A program made the position numbers and the translations under genes. The notes below the pieces were generated by a model. That model saw nothing but the letters and a program-made list of their open reading frames with translations. It searched no databases and was not told where the DNA came from. 54,691 nucleotides of DNA from an uncultured Candidatus Saccharibacteria bacterium (GTDB taxonomy: Bacteria > Patescibacteriota > Dojkabacteria > SC72 > JAFGCJ01): assembly GCA_964481345.1 (NCBI GenBank), contig CAYZTC010000007.1, positions 1 through 54,691 of the forward strand, in the 5' to 3' direction. Within the stretch, counting starts at the first letter, position 1. Every line of letters starts with the position of its first letter. Of the stretch, positions 34,604 to 43,814 are shown piece after piece.

Positions 34604-36028
34604 ATGCAACTGCCTAGGAGTTCGGAACCACGTCCAAAGACAAAAATCATTGCAACTATTGGTCCATCAACATGGGATAAGGAAATTCTGTCAAAGATGT
34701 ATGATCTTGGAATGACTGGAGCAAGGATTAATGCTTCATTTGCAGATTTTGAAGAGCTTGATCGTGTGTCAAGTATGATACGTTCTGTTTCTGATGATAT
34801 CGCATTAATATTGGATACTCACGGACATAAGTTAAGGCTAAATAAATTTGATGGAGTTGTAGAACTTGTAGAGGGATCAACTGTTGAAATTGGGAACAAA
34901 AAGGGCAAGTCGAAGTTGTGGATAGATTGTAAAGAAATATTTGAGAAGGTAGAGGTGGGTAATAAGGTTCTTATAGATAATGGATCTTTTGAACTTTCTG
35001 TTGAAAAGATAGGGGATGGGATACTTGGATGTAAGGTGGTATCAGGTGGAATGCTTACATCTGCTAAGACTGTGAATCTTCCAGATACAAAATTGGATTT
35101 TCCTACACTTACAGAAAAAGATATCAGGGATATTGAGTATGCGGTAGCAAAAGGGTTTGATTACATTTCTGCATCTTTTATTAGAACATCTAAGGACGTA
35201 GAAGCAATAAGGGAATATGTCATGGGATCGAGAACGAAGCTTATTGCAAAAATAGAGAATCAGGAGGGATTGGATAATTTTCAGGAAATTATGGAAGAGG
35301 TTGATGGAATAATGGTAGCAAGAGGGGATCTTGGGGTGGAGACTAATCTTTCAAAAATACCGGTAATTCAAAAAGAGATGATATTGAAGTGTAGGGAAAG
35401 TGGGAAAATGGTGATAGTTGCAACTCACATGATGGAATCTATGATTCAAAAGAGTATTCCAACAAGAGCTGAAATTAGTGATGTTGCAAATGCAGTGTTT
35501 GATGGAACAGATGCAGTAATGCTTTCTGCAGAGACTACAATTGGAAAGTATCCTGTGGAGACAGTGAAATGGATGGCAAGTGCTTGTGTGGAAGCGGAAA
35601 ACAGCTGTCAGTCTCAAGTACTTTTTGGTCAAACGGATGCATCAGTTTTTACCGACTCTATTGCTAGGTCTGTTATTGATCTGACAGATGAACTTCCTAT
35701 AGATAGTATTGTTGTTGGGACGAAAACTGGCAATTCAGTTGTTTCGATTTCTAGACATAGACCTGGGCCGGAGATCATTGCGTTTGTGAATAATGGGATG
35801 TTGAGAAGGCAGCTGAATTTAGTTTATGGTGTAAAACCGGTATTTGTCAGTGAAAAATTTCCTTCAGATAGAGACTGGTTGGTTAGAGTTCTTGCTGAAT
35901 ATGGAGTAAAATATGGTCTTTTGAAGCCTGAGAACACTGTAGTGTTGATCACTGGGTCTGGTATTGCCGGAAAAGCAAGAAATACAATTGTTGAAGTAGC
36001 AAAGGTTTTTGATATATGCAATGTGTGA
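34604..36028 (+). CDS. pyk: Pyruvate kinase
   Basis: 474 aa. Motifs KTKIIATIGPST, ARINASF, LDTHGHKLR, IAKIENQEG, MVARGDLGVE and ATHMMESM. Confidence 0.9.
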   Translation: MQLPRSSEPRPKTKIIATIGPSTWDKEILSKMYDLGMTGARINASFADFEELDRVSSMIRSVSDDIALILDTHGHKLRLNKFDGVVELVEGSTVEIGNKKGKSKLWIDCKEIFEKVEVGNKVLIDNGSFELSVEKIGDGILGCKVVSGGMLTSAKTVNLPDTKLDFPTLTEKDIRDIEYAVAKGFDYISASFIRTSKDVEAIREYVMGSRTKLIAKIENQEGLDNFQEIMEEVDGIMVARGDLGVETNLSKIPVIQKEMILKCRESGKMVIVATHMMESMIQKSIPTRAEISDVANAVFDGTDAVMLSAETTIGKYPVETVKWMASACVEAENSCQSQVLFGQTDASVFTDSIARSVIDLTDELPIDSIVVGTKTGNSVVSISRHRPGPEIIAFVNNGMLRRQLNLVYGVKPVFVSEKFPSDRDWLVRVLAEYGVKYGLLKPENTVVLITGSGIAGKARNTIVEVAKVFDICNV

Positions 36029-36111
36029 TAAAATAATCTCAACATGCTATTTTCGTTTATTCATTCTTATTTATTAGCATGAGCTAAGATCCTTGATAAT
36101 GATATGAGATT

Positions 36112-36142
36112 ACCCTGAAGTTAATTTATTATACTTCAGGGT
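36112..36142 (+). terminator. Candidate terminator hairpin after pyk
   Basis: ACCCTGAAGT (36112-36121) and ACTTCAGGGT (36133-36142) form a perfect 10-bp stem with an 11-nt loop. The trailing sequence is only weakly T-rich. Confidence 0.45.
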
Positions 36143-36213
36143 CTCAGGATTATTCTGTTGTGCTCTTTTAAATAAAGTTATTAACATATCAATATGTATC
36201 CTTTTGTTATTTT

Positions 36214-36270
36214 GTGACGCCCTCCTACCCCTATCCCCCGCAAAGCGGGGTCCAGGGTTCGGATGGCAAG
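36214..36270. repeat. GC-rich island upstream of tRNA-Cys with hairpin CCCCGC-AAA-GCGGGG
   Basis: GTGACGCCCTCCTACCCCTATCCCCCGCAAAGCGGGGTCCAGGGTTCGGATGGCAAG. The hairpin is at 36236-36250. It shares CAGGGTTCG with 30986-30994 and ATGGCAAG with 36430-36437. Confidence 0.55.
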
Positions 36271-36335
36271 TAGGTTAGCTATGTGATTAAGAGCATCTGT
36301 TTATGGTAGATTCTTAACAGCTAATACGTTTATCC

Positions 36336-36410
36336 GGTGACGTAGCCAAGTAGTAAGGCAGCGGTCTGCAAAACCGCTATACGTGGGTGCAAATCCCGCC
36401 GTCACCTCCA
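36336..36410 (+). tRNA. tRNA-Cys (anticodon GCA), CCA encoded
   Basis: GGTGACG-TA-GCCAAGTAGTAAGGCA-GCGGT-CTGCAAA-ACCGC-TATAC-GTGGG-TGCAAAT-CCCGC-CGTCACC-T-CCA. Confidence 0.85.
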
Positions 36411-36461
36411 TACTTCACCAAGATTTCGTATGGCAAGCCATACAGAAAGCTTGGTGAAGTA
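36411..36461 (+). other. 51-nt nested stem-loop filling the tRNA-Cys / tRNA-Leu spacer
   Basis: The outer 12-bp stem pairs TACTTCACCAAG (36411-36422) with CTTGGTGAAGTA (36450-36461). The inner hairpin is TATGG-CAAG-CCATA. It starts at the first nt after the tRNA-Cys CCA. Confidence 0.65.
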
Positions 36462-36511
36462 TGAGAGTCTGCCGAAGCTTTAGCGCAGGCGACTCCCGTT
36501 TTTGAATTAAT

Positions 36512-36597
36512 GCCGAAGTGGTGGAACTGGTAGACACTCGGGACTTAAAATCCCGTCCTCATTCTTGAGGGTGTGGGTTCAACTCCCACCTTCGGCA
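36512..36597 (+). tRNA. tRNA-Leu (anticodon TAA), long variable arm, no encoded CCA
   Basis: GCCGAAG-TG-GTGGAACTGGTAGACAC-T-CGGGA-CTTAAAA-TCCCG-TCCTCATTCTTGAGGGT-GTGGG-TTCAACT-CCCAC-CTTCGGC-A. Confidence 0.9.
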
Positions 36598-36698
36598 CAT
36601 GGCTTGTTTTTCATCTTTGTGTATAGTCTTTTCCTATAGTATAATGCTCTCGAGGAGCAAAATATTGTTCTTGGATCTTTTTAAAAAAGGAGAAAGTA

Positions 36699-37247
36699 AT
36701 GAAAAAGAGAACATTCTGGGACTATATCGTCGGATGGGGATATATAATATTCTTGGTAGTCATTAGCATTGTGGCAGGGATTATTGTCGGGGTCATGATG
36801 TTGGTTTTCGTGATAGCATACACCTTTTGGTGTTTGTTAGAAAGGTTTGTACTCAGTCTGATTCCAGGTATTGGAAAGACTGAGGAAAAAAATATCCCTG
36901 AAGAAACCTTTTACAAGGACGTCTTCCTGGCGGGTAATTGCCTTTATTTGAGACAGTCACTACTGAAGAAGATTCTTGTACCCTTAAAGAAGCTCAGTTT
37001 TGTGATTTTTGTTTCAGGGAAAGAAGGAATATGCATGGATGGTGATTTTTGTAGTCACTTTTCCATGGAGAGAGAATTGAAATGTCTTCCTTTTGATAAA
37101 GTTTACCACATGGCCAAAAGTGGTAAAAAGGTTTCAAAAAAGAAATTTCTCAGTTACCTTAGAGGTTTCACATCGTCAGTAGGATTGTTTGAAACCTGGT
37201 TTCCATATGTATATAACGAAGGGTTAATGATTGGAAAATGTTATTAA
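36699..37247 (+). CDS. Hypothetical membrane protein
   Basis: 182 aa. AGGAGA lies 6 nt upstream of the ATG. There is an N-terminal double TM region. No family recognised. Confidence 0.5.
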   Translation: MKKRTFWDYIVGWGYIIFLVVISIVAGIIVGVMMLVFVIAYTFWCLLERFVLSLIPGIGKTEEKNIPEETFYKDVFLAGNCLYLRQSLLKKILVPLKKLSFVIFVSGKEGICMDGDFCSHFSMERELKCLPFDKVYHMAKSGKKVSKKKFLSYLRGFTSSVGLFETWFPYVYNEGLMIGKCY

Positions 37248-37318
37248 TATGGAAAAACTGTGTACAGGTGATCCTGCTCCTCCTCATGTCTTGAAAAAGA
37301 GACAAAAGGGTCACCTAG

Positions 37319-37429
37319 TTATTCAGCTTCCTCGAATTTATCTGGGTCGTCGTTGCCGCATTTGGGGCATTTGACGAGCAAGTCCTTCCCTTCATATACA
37401 AATCCGCATACCATACATCTGGTTCTCAT
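37319..37429 (-). CDS. 36-aa rubredoxin-like zinc-ribbon protein (not in the ORF track)
   Basis: The reverse strand translates to MRTRCMVCGFVYEGKDLLVKCPKCGNDDPDKFEEAE-stop. It has two CxxCG knuckles. AGGAG lies 6 nt upstream of the ATG. Confidence 0.55.
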   Translation of the reverse strand: MRTRCMVCGFVYEGKDLLVKCPKCGNDDPDKFEEAE

Positions 37430-37498
37430 CCACTTCTCCTGAAGATCATCAGGCTGAGTTTTATTTGTGAGGTATTTCTGAGTATCCAATGGAGATTA

Positions 37499-38119
37499 TT
37501 AATATTTTAGATATTCAAGTGGAAATTCAGCTTTGAGATTTTTATTCATTTTTATTTTATCAAGGATTACTTTAAGAGTGTTATAAACATCTAGTTTTGA
37601 TGAATCGATAACAATATCATTGTACTTTTCAGGTTTCGATATATCAACTTCATATAGACTTTTGTATCTTTCAGCATCGTTTTTTCTTCTTTGAACTAGT
37701 TTTTCCAGTTCTTCTTTAAATCTGTTTTCATCATACTTCCATCCTTCCCTTTCAAATATTCTTTTGATACTTGTTTGGGGATCGGCATGTAACCATATTT
37801 TTAACGTTGTAGGGATGTGCTTTTTAGTTGCTATAGCAGCAAAAACCTTGCTTTCGATAAGTAGATCTTTTTGATAACTCATCTTTATGAGGTAGTTATC
37901 AACCTCCTTATCAATTTTTGGGTCTTTTGTCATTTCATTTTTTGAAAAGTTTTCTAGTTCTTTTTCTCCAGCCTTTTTTCTAACAATCTTTCCACCATAT
38001 AATCTATGTAAGTACCATTTTCTTGCCAACATTTTTGATATTGTTGAAGATCCAGATCCACCTGGTCCTCCAATCACTACAAGATAACCTAGTTCTTTGG
38101 GCCGTTTGTTATTTTGCAC
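37499..38119 (-). CDS. P-loop nucleotide kinase, (d)CMP kinase-like (archaeal-type Cmk)
   Basis: 206 aa. P-loop VIGGPGGSGSSTISKMLARK. Size and layout fit small NMP kinases. Confidence 0.5.
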   Translation of the reverse strand: MQNNKRPKELGYLVVIGGPGGSGSSTISKMLARKWYLHRLYGGKIVRKKAGEKELENFSKNEMTKDPKIDKEVDNYLIKMSYQKDLLIESKVFAAIATKKHIPTTLKIWLHADPQTSIKRIFEREGWKYDENRFKEELEKLVQRRKNDAERYKSLYEVDISKPEKYNDIVIDSSKLDVYNTLKVILDKIKMNKNLKAEFPLEYLKY

Positions 38120-38183
38120 TTAAATTTAGGGTATTATTATGATAGGGTGTTTTTATAGTAGCTAATGTTGTATTAACTCGCAA

Positions 38184-39365
38184 GTGAGAAAAAAAAGAAA
38201 AAAGGAAAGGAAGGTCAACTTGAATTTGGGGAAGCCTGATTATGTAATTATTCTTCTGACTGCTGTTTTCCTGATTTTTGGAATTATAATGATTTTTGAC
38301 GCAAGTATATATAAGGCGGATGAGGTATTTAATGACAGGTTTCACTTTGTATCTCAGCAATTTATATGGATAATAATTGGAATTATTGTAGGGGCGTTTT
38401 TTTACTTGGGGGACTATCATTATTTTTCAAAACTTGCTCTTCCTGGTCTTTTCATATCTCTTGTTTTACTTGTTGCCGTGTTGTTTGTGGGGGTGGAGGT
38501 AAATGGTTCTAAACGGTGGTTTATGGTGGGACCGGTACCAATTCAGCCGGCCGAGCTTGTAAAGCCTGTGTTTATTCTTTACTTGTGTAGCTGGCTTTCA
38601 AAAGGAAAAAAGTATTATAAAAGTTTTAAAGACGCATGGAGGCATCATATTTCAAGTGAGCTTGTTGCATTTTTGTTTATTCTGTTTATTATAGGTGGGT
38701 TAGTAATACTAGAACCAGATCTTGGTACAGCTATTGTGATATCTGTAACTGCATTTGTTATATATTTTTCCTCTGGTAAGGATTTTGCTCATTTGATTGG
38801 AACTGGACTTATTATTATCATTGGAGGGTTGCTAGGTACCATTGCCGCAATACTTGAGTCATATAGACTTGAAAGAATAAAGACGTATGTTCAACTTCTT
38901 TTAACTGGTGAGGTGGCAGATCCTAGAGGTACTGGATATCAAATACAGCAAATTCTTATTGGGATTGGATCTGGAGGATTCTGGGGAAAAGGGTTTGGTC
39001 AATCTAGACAAAGGTTTGGATATCTTGTTGAAAATACAGCATTTACAGATTCGATTTTTGCAATAATTTTGGAGGAGATGGGAATGCTCGGTGGGTTGCT
39101 GTTAATAACACTTTTTCTTCTCTTTTTCCTAAGAGCGTATCAAATTGCAAAGAATGCACCGGATAGATTCGGCAGTCTTCTTGCTGGAGGAATAGGTTTT
39201 TGGTTAGTATTTCAGGCATTTGTTCATATGGGAGCTAATGTTGCTCTGATGCCACTTACTGGTGTTCCTCTTCCGTTTTTTACATATGGTGGATCGTCAA
39301 CGGTAGTTGCTTTAGCAGGGGTAGGTATGTTATTAAATGTCAGTAGATATGCAAAAAAACAATAA
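38184..39365 (+). CDS. ftsW: SEDS-family peptidoglycan polymerase FtsW/RodA
   Basis: 393 aa with a GTG start and about 10 TM segments. Motifs include RWFMVGPVPIQPAELVKP, TDSIFAIILEEMG and LPFFTYGGSS. Confidence 0.85.
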   Translation: MRKKRKKERKVNLNLGKPDYVIILLTAVFLIFGIIMIFDASIYKADEVFNDRFHFVSQQFIWIIIGIIVGAFFYLGDYHYFSKLALPGLFISLVLLVAVLFVGVEVNGSKRWFMVGPVPIQPAELVKPVFILYLCSWLSKGKKYYKSFKDAWRHHISSELVAFLFILFIIGGLVILEPDLGTAIVISVTAFVIYFSSGKDFAHLIGTGLIIIIGGLLGTIAAILESYRLERIKTYVQLLLTGEVADPRGTGYQIQQILIGIGSGGFWGKGFGQSRQRFGYLVENTAFTDSIFAIILEEMGMLGGLLLITLFLLFFLRAYQIAKNAPDRFGSLLAGGIGFWLVFQAFVHMGANVALMPLTGVPLPFFTYGGSSTVVALAGVGMLLNVSRYAKKQ

Positions 39366-40536
39366 GTCAAAAATTGTAATAACTGGGGGTGGATCTGGTG
39401 GTCACACAATGACAGCTTTGGCTGTTGTAAATAGATTGATTGATAAGTATCCGGAATATAAAGATAGAATTGTATACCTTGGTGGAAGTATGGGGATGGA
39501 GGGTGAGAAAAGATCTGATTCTTTGGATCAGAGAGTCTTTTCAAATACTGGAATAGAGTACAAAAGTATTCGAAGTGGGAAGCTTCATAGAAAGTTTGCT
39601 TTGAGAACCTTGTGGGGCCTTTTGGGGGTTTTGGGCGGTCTAATTGATGCTTGGAGTTTTTTTAAGAAAAATGATGTCTCACTAGTTTTTTCAACTGGTG
39701 GATATGTTTCTGTGCCAGTATGTGTTTGTGCAGGATTAAGAAAAGTTCCAGTAATTATCCACGAACAGACTACAAGGGTTGGACTGTCAAATAAGATATG
39801 TGCTCGTTTTGCTGAAAAGATTTTGGTAGGATTTGAGGAGTCAAGGAGGTTTTTTCCAAAAGAGAAAGTGCGATTTGTTGGAAATCCGATAAGGAAATGT
39901 ATAACCGATCCTACGTGTTGGCCAAAAAGTACTGTTCAGAAACTAAGGTATTTTAAGAAAAGGTCTGATGAGTTTCCTGTTGTATTGATTTCTGGAGGAG
40001 GACAGGGATCTCATATGTTTAATGAGATAGTAAGGCAGTCTTTAAATCAACTTCTTCTAAATTATCAGGTAATTCTTTTGTGTGGAGATAATTTGGTATA
40101 TCAAGATCATAAGTGTTTATTAAAATCGATAAAGAAATCGTCAGCTGATTTTCAGAAAAGAATAGTTGTGGAAAAATTTGCTGATAAAGAGATGGGTGCA
40201 TACTATGATGCTGCTAACATTTATGTGGGGAGGGGAGGAGCAATGTCAGTTTATGAAGTTGGCTTGCTTGGTATACCTTCAATCATAATTCCTATCCCCT
40301 GGGTGACGTATAACGAGCAATATCATAATTCAAAAGTTCTTGAGGATTTGGGTTTGGCTACAATTATAAACCAAGGTGAACTAAGTTCAGAAGTATTTGT
40401 GCAAAGATTACATAGATTTTCTAGAGAGCTCTCTGAGGGAAAGATAGACTTTGATAAAAGGGCGTTGAAGCAAAAATTTGTTAAGGATGCAGATAAAAAG
40501 ATAGTTGAAGAGCTAGTAAAGTCTATCGAGGTGTGA
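39349..40536 (+). CDS. murG: Undecaprenyl-PP-MurNAc-pentapeptide UDP-GlcNAc transferase MurG
   Basis: The ORF is open from 39337, but ATG 39349 is the likelier start. Motifs include ITGGGSGGHTMTALAV and ISGGGQGSH. GT28 two-domain layout. Confidence 0.8.
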   Translation: MQKNNKSKIVITGGGSGGHTMTALAVVNRLIDKYPEYKDRIVYLGGSMGMEGEKRSDSLDQRVFSNTGIEYKSIRSGKLHRKFALRTLWGLLGVLGGLIDAWSFFKKNDVSLVFSTGGYVSVPVCVCAGLRKVPVIIHEQTTRVGLSNKICARFAEKILVGFEESRRFFPKEKVRFVGNPIRKCITDPTCWPKSTVQKLRYFKKRSDEFPVVLISGGGQGSHMFNEIVRQSLNQLLLNYQVILLCGDNLVYQDHKCLLKSIKKSSADFQKRIVVEKFADKEMGAYYDAANIYVGRGGAMSVYEVGLLGIPSIIIPIPWVTYNEQYHNSKVLEDLGLATIINQGELSSEVFVQRLHRFSRELSEGKIDFDKRALKQKFVKDADKKIVEELVKSIEV

Positions 40537-40593
40537 TATATTAGCAATCGTGTATGATGACTGCTAACGTAACTTTATCTTGAGAGTTTCGAC

Positions 40594-43188
40594 ATGATTT
40601 GTGAAAAATGTGGCCGTAATACTGCGACAACTCAGTTGACATATGTAGTAAACGGTCAAAAGAAGACATACAATCTCTGTGAAAACTGTGCAGAAAAATT
40701 ATCTTCAGGAGGACATTCCTCTTTTGGTGATGTTGGTGGATATGGGTCTTTTCCATCTCAAAGGGAAAGTACAGATATTACAGAGTATTTTTCTGAAAGA
40801 ATGAGAGATGCGATTCAAGAAGCTGCATCTGTCACTTTGGAACATAAAAATAATAATATTGATACTGAGCACTTACTGCTTGGGATACTAAAAGATGATG
40901 AGGTTATAGATAAGATTCTAAAAGAGCTTGATCTCGACAAGGATGGGCTGGTGAAGTATTTAGAGTCCCAAATTAGTGAAGGTACCTCCGAGATTGAAAC
41001 ACCAGGATTAAATCCAAGGGCTAAGCAGGCTTTACAGCTATCCTTTCAAGAGGCAATGGATCTTGGCCATAAATATGTTGGTACTGAACATTTGCTGTTG
41101 GGTTTGGTAAAGGAAGGAGAGGGGCTTGCAGCTCAGGCATTTGAAAAATATGGGATTTCATACACTAGGGCAAGACAGGCAGTAGTAAATATTGTCGGGG
41201 AAGGAGATGAAGAGGGAAAGAAGGTAAAGAAGAAATCAGGTACTCCGACGCTTGATAAATATTCAAGAGATTTAACAAATCTTGCTGCTGCCGGGAAAAT
41301 TGACCCTGTAATTGGAAGAAACGATGAGATCTCAAGGGTTATTCAGACTCTTTCAAGAAGAAAAAAGAATAATCCTGTGTTGATTGGTGAGCCTGGAGTA
41401 GGTAAGACTGCAATTGCAGAAGGACTTGCATATCGCGTGGTTACAGGTTCTGTACCGGACTATCTGAAAGATAAAAAGGTAAAAGAGCTTGATGTCGCTG
41501 GACTTATTGCTGGGTCAAAGTATAGAGGTCAATTTGAGGAAAGGGCTAAAAAGATCTTAAAGGAACTAGAAAAATCAGGAAGAGATGTTATTTTGTTTAT
41601 AGATGAGCTTCACACAGTAGTTGGATCTGGTGCACAGGAAGGACAGATGGATTTATCAAACATGTTGAAACCAGCACTAGCAAGAGGAGAGCTTCAAGTA
41701 ATTGGCTCTACTACTCTTCAAGAATATAAGAAGTATATTGAAAAAGACGCCGCTTTAGAAAGAAGATTTCAGCCTGTACTCATTGATGAACCTACTGTAG
41801 ATCAAACAATTGATATTTTAAAGGGTTTAAGAGATAGATATGAGGGATATCATAAGGTAAGAATTTCAGATGAGGCAATTGTATCGGCTGCAAACCTTTC
41901 TGCGAGGTATGTAAAGGATAGATATATGCCTGATAAAGCGATAGATGTTGTGGATGAGGCTTCAAGTAAAGTAAAACTTGAAACTAGTTCGGAGCCTGAG
42001 GAATTGGTGAATGTGAAAAACAAGGTAAAGAAGCTTGAGAAAGAAAGAGAATCGCTAAGTAGGGCTGGCAAACATAAGAAAAGTGCTGAAATTAAGCAAA
42101 AGATAGAAAAAGTAAGAAAGGAGAAACTTGAGCCGTTAACTGATGAGTGGAATAAAAAGAGAGGTACTGGAACTCCAACTGTTTCTATTGATGATATTGC
42201 TCATGTAGTTTCAAGAATGACAGGTATTCCTGTATCTCAACTAAAGGAAGAAGAAAAAGAAAGGCTATTGAAGCTTGAGAAGTCGCTTCATGAGAGAATA
42301 GTTGGGCAGGATGAAGCGGTAAATGCAGTTTCAGAAGCGGTAAGAAGATCAAGGGTTGGACTTTCAGACCCAAATAGACCAATAGGGGTTTTTCTGTTTC
42401 TTGGACCAACCGGTGTGGGAAAGACGGAGCTTGCAAAAGCATTAGCTGAGTTTATTTTTGGAGATGAAAGTTCACTACTGCGGATTGACATGAGTGAGTA
42501 TATGGAAAGGCACTCTGTCTCAAAATTGATAGGGTCTCCTCCTGGATATGTAGGATTTGAGGAGGGGGGACAGCTTACTGAAAAGATAAGAAGGCAGCCA
42601 TATACTGTAATCCTTCTTGATGAGATAGAAAAAGCTCATTCTGATGTGTTTAATATGCTGCTTCAAATATTTGATGAGGGAAGGCTTACTGACGCAAAAG
42701 GAAGGACAGTAGATTTCAAAAATACTATTATAATAATGACAAGTAATATTGGTGCAAACAAGATACTTGACTATATTAAATCGAAAGTTAAGAAGGTAAA
42801 TGAGTGGGAGAAGATAAAAGAAAACCTTATGGAACAGGTAAATCAGAGTTTTAAACCTGAGTTTGTAACTCGACTGGATGACATAATTGTATTTCATGCA
42901 TTGGATAAAAAGCAGTTAACAGAAATTGCAAAGATCCTTTTGGACAAAGTTTCTGGTATGGTCACAGGTCAGGGCATGGAGATAGAGTTTGATGATAGTG
43001 TAATAGAACAGATTGTGGATATTGGGTATGAGCCTGAATTTGGTGCAAGGCCTATGAAAAGGGCTATTCAGACCGAAATCGAGAATAAGCTGAGTGAAGA
43101 ATTATTAAAAGGGACTTTTAATAAGGGTGATAAGATAAAAGCAATAGTAAAAGGGGGAAAGATCACATTTGAAAAGGCCAGAAAGTAG
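40594..43188 (+). CDS. clpC: ClpC-type AAA+ unfoldase with fused N-terminal McsA-like zinc finger
   Basis: 864 aa. N-terminal [35 protein letters not shown] (CxxC...CxxC). Two Clp_N repeats. AAA1 ([15 protein letters not shown]), a short middle domain, AAA2 ([15 protein letters not shown]) and the ClpB_D2-small domain. Confidence 0.85.
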   Translation: MICEKCGRNTATTQLTYVVNGQKKTYNLCENCAEKLSSGGHSSFGDVGGYGSFPSQRESTDITEYFSERMRDAIQEAASVTLEHKNNNIDTEHLLLGILKDDEVIDKILKELDLDKDGLVKYLESQISEGTSEIETPGLNPRAKQALQLSFQEAMDLGHKYVGTEHLLLGLVKEGEGLAAQAFEKYGISYTRARQAVVNIVGEGDEEGKKVKKKSGTPTLDKYSRDLTNLAAAGKIDPVIGRNDEISRVIQTLSRRKKNNPVLIGEPGVGKTAIAEGLAYRVVTGSVPDYLKDKKVKELDVAGLIAGSKYRGQFEERAKKILKELEKSGRDVILFIDELHTVVGSGAQEGQMDLSNMLKPALARGELQVIGSTTLQEYKKYIEKDAALERRFQPVLIDEPTVDQTIDILKGLRDRYEGYHKVRISDEAIVSAANLSARYVKDRYMPDKAIDVVDEASSKVKLETSSEPEELVNVKNKVKKLEKERESLSRAGKHKKSAEIKQKIEKVRKEKLEPLTDEWNKKRGTGTPTVSIDDIAHVVSRMTGIPVSQLKEEEKERLLKLEKSLHERIVGQDEAVNAVSEAVRRSRVGLSDPNRPIGVFLFLGPTGVGKTELAKALAEFIFGDESSLLRIDMSEYMERHSVSKLIGSPPGYVGFEEGGQLTEKIRRQPYTVILLDEIEKAHSDVFNMLLQIFDEGRLTDAKGRTVDFKNTIIIMTSNIGANKILDYIKSKVKKVNEWEKIKENLMEQVNQSFKPEFVTRLDDIIVFHALDKKQLTEIAKILLDKVSGMVTGQGMEIEFDDSVIEQIVDIGYEPEFGARPMKRAIQTEIENKLSEELLKGTFNKGDKIKAIVKGGKITFEKARK

Positions 43189-43224
43189 TATTTCCGTAGT
43201 TTTAATAGATATACTTTAATTAGT

Positions 43225-43253
43225 TTGACAGTTATTTTGTCTACTGTTACAAT
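43225..43253 (+). promoter_or_regulatory. Near-consensus sigma70 promoter
   Basis: TTGACA (43225-43230), a 17-nt spacer, then TACAAT (43248-43253). It lies 27 nt upstream of ATG 43281. Confidence 0.55.
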
Positions 43254-43254
43254 G

Positions 43255-43281
43255 TAGTAATACATTAACACGGTATTACTA
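43255..43281. promoter_or_regulatory. 9-bp perfect inverted repeat, candidate operator
   Basis: TAGTAATAC (43255-43263) and GTATTACTA (43273-43281) are separated by 9 nt. The repeat lies between the -10 box and the start codon of the TrpR/YerC-like gene. Confidence 0.45.
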
Positions 43282-43640
43282 TGGATAATAGAAAAGATTG
43301 GAAAAATGAAGATACTGACAAGTTATTTGAGTCTATTTTAAGCCTTTACTCCTTGGATGAGTGTGAAAGGTTTTTTAGAGACCTTATGACTGTTCCTGAA
43401 ATAGAAGCCTTTGCGCAAAGGCTTAAAGTTGCGTTGCTTCTATCTAGAGGTATGTCTTACCGTCAGATTTCAAAAGAGACTGGTGCAAGTACTACTACCG
43501 TGACAAGGATAAATGATTGGTTGGAGAGAGGATGTGACGGTTACAAATTAGCAATTTCCAGGTTGAACAGTAAAGAAAATAATTCTTCTGAAGTTACATC
43601 ACTTCATCATCACGACCCGCAAATTATTGCCGGGTTGTGA
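43281..43640 (+). CDS. TrpR-related YerC/YecD-family DNA-binding protein
   Basis: 119 aa. The family pattern reads ECERFFRDLMTVPEIEAFAQRLKVALLLSRGMSYRQISKETGASTTTVTRINDWLERG. Confidence 0.75.
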   Translation: MDNRKDWKNEDTDKLFESILSLYSLDECERFFRDLMTVPEIEAFAQRLKVALLLSRGMSYRQISKETGASTTTVTRINDWLERGCDGYKLAISRLNSKENNSSEVTSLHHHDPQIIAGL

Positions 43641-43710
43641 TTTCTTATTTCCCAAAGTAAAAATTCATAAACTGGTAATACGGTTTGCTTTGTTAATAAA
43701 GCTATAACAT

Positions 43711-43783
43711 GGTGGATGTAGCTCAATGGTGGAGCGCCTGTTTGTGGTACAGGAGGTTGTGGGTTCAAATCCCATCTTCCACC
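43711..43783 (+). tRNA. tRNA-His (anticodon GTG), second copy, inverted relative to 26195-26270
   Basis: Same sequence as the minus-strand copy, except the T-loop is TTCAAAT instead of TTCGAAT. The 3-prime tail after C73 reads CAT, so there is no full encoded CCA. G-1 is encoded. Confidence 0.9.
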
Positions 43784-43814
43784 CATGAAGTGGATTTAAT
43801 AATAATAATTGATT

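Noticed and set aside
37249-37374. 41-aa plus-strand ORF (MEKLCTGDPAPPHVL...) antisense to the zinc-ribbon gene.
   Set aside because: It has no SD and no motif. The opposite-strand ORF has a canonical AGGAG and paired CxxC knuckles, so that one is preferred.
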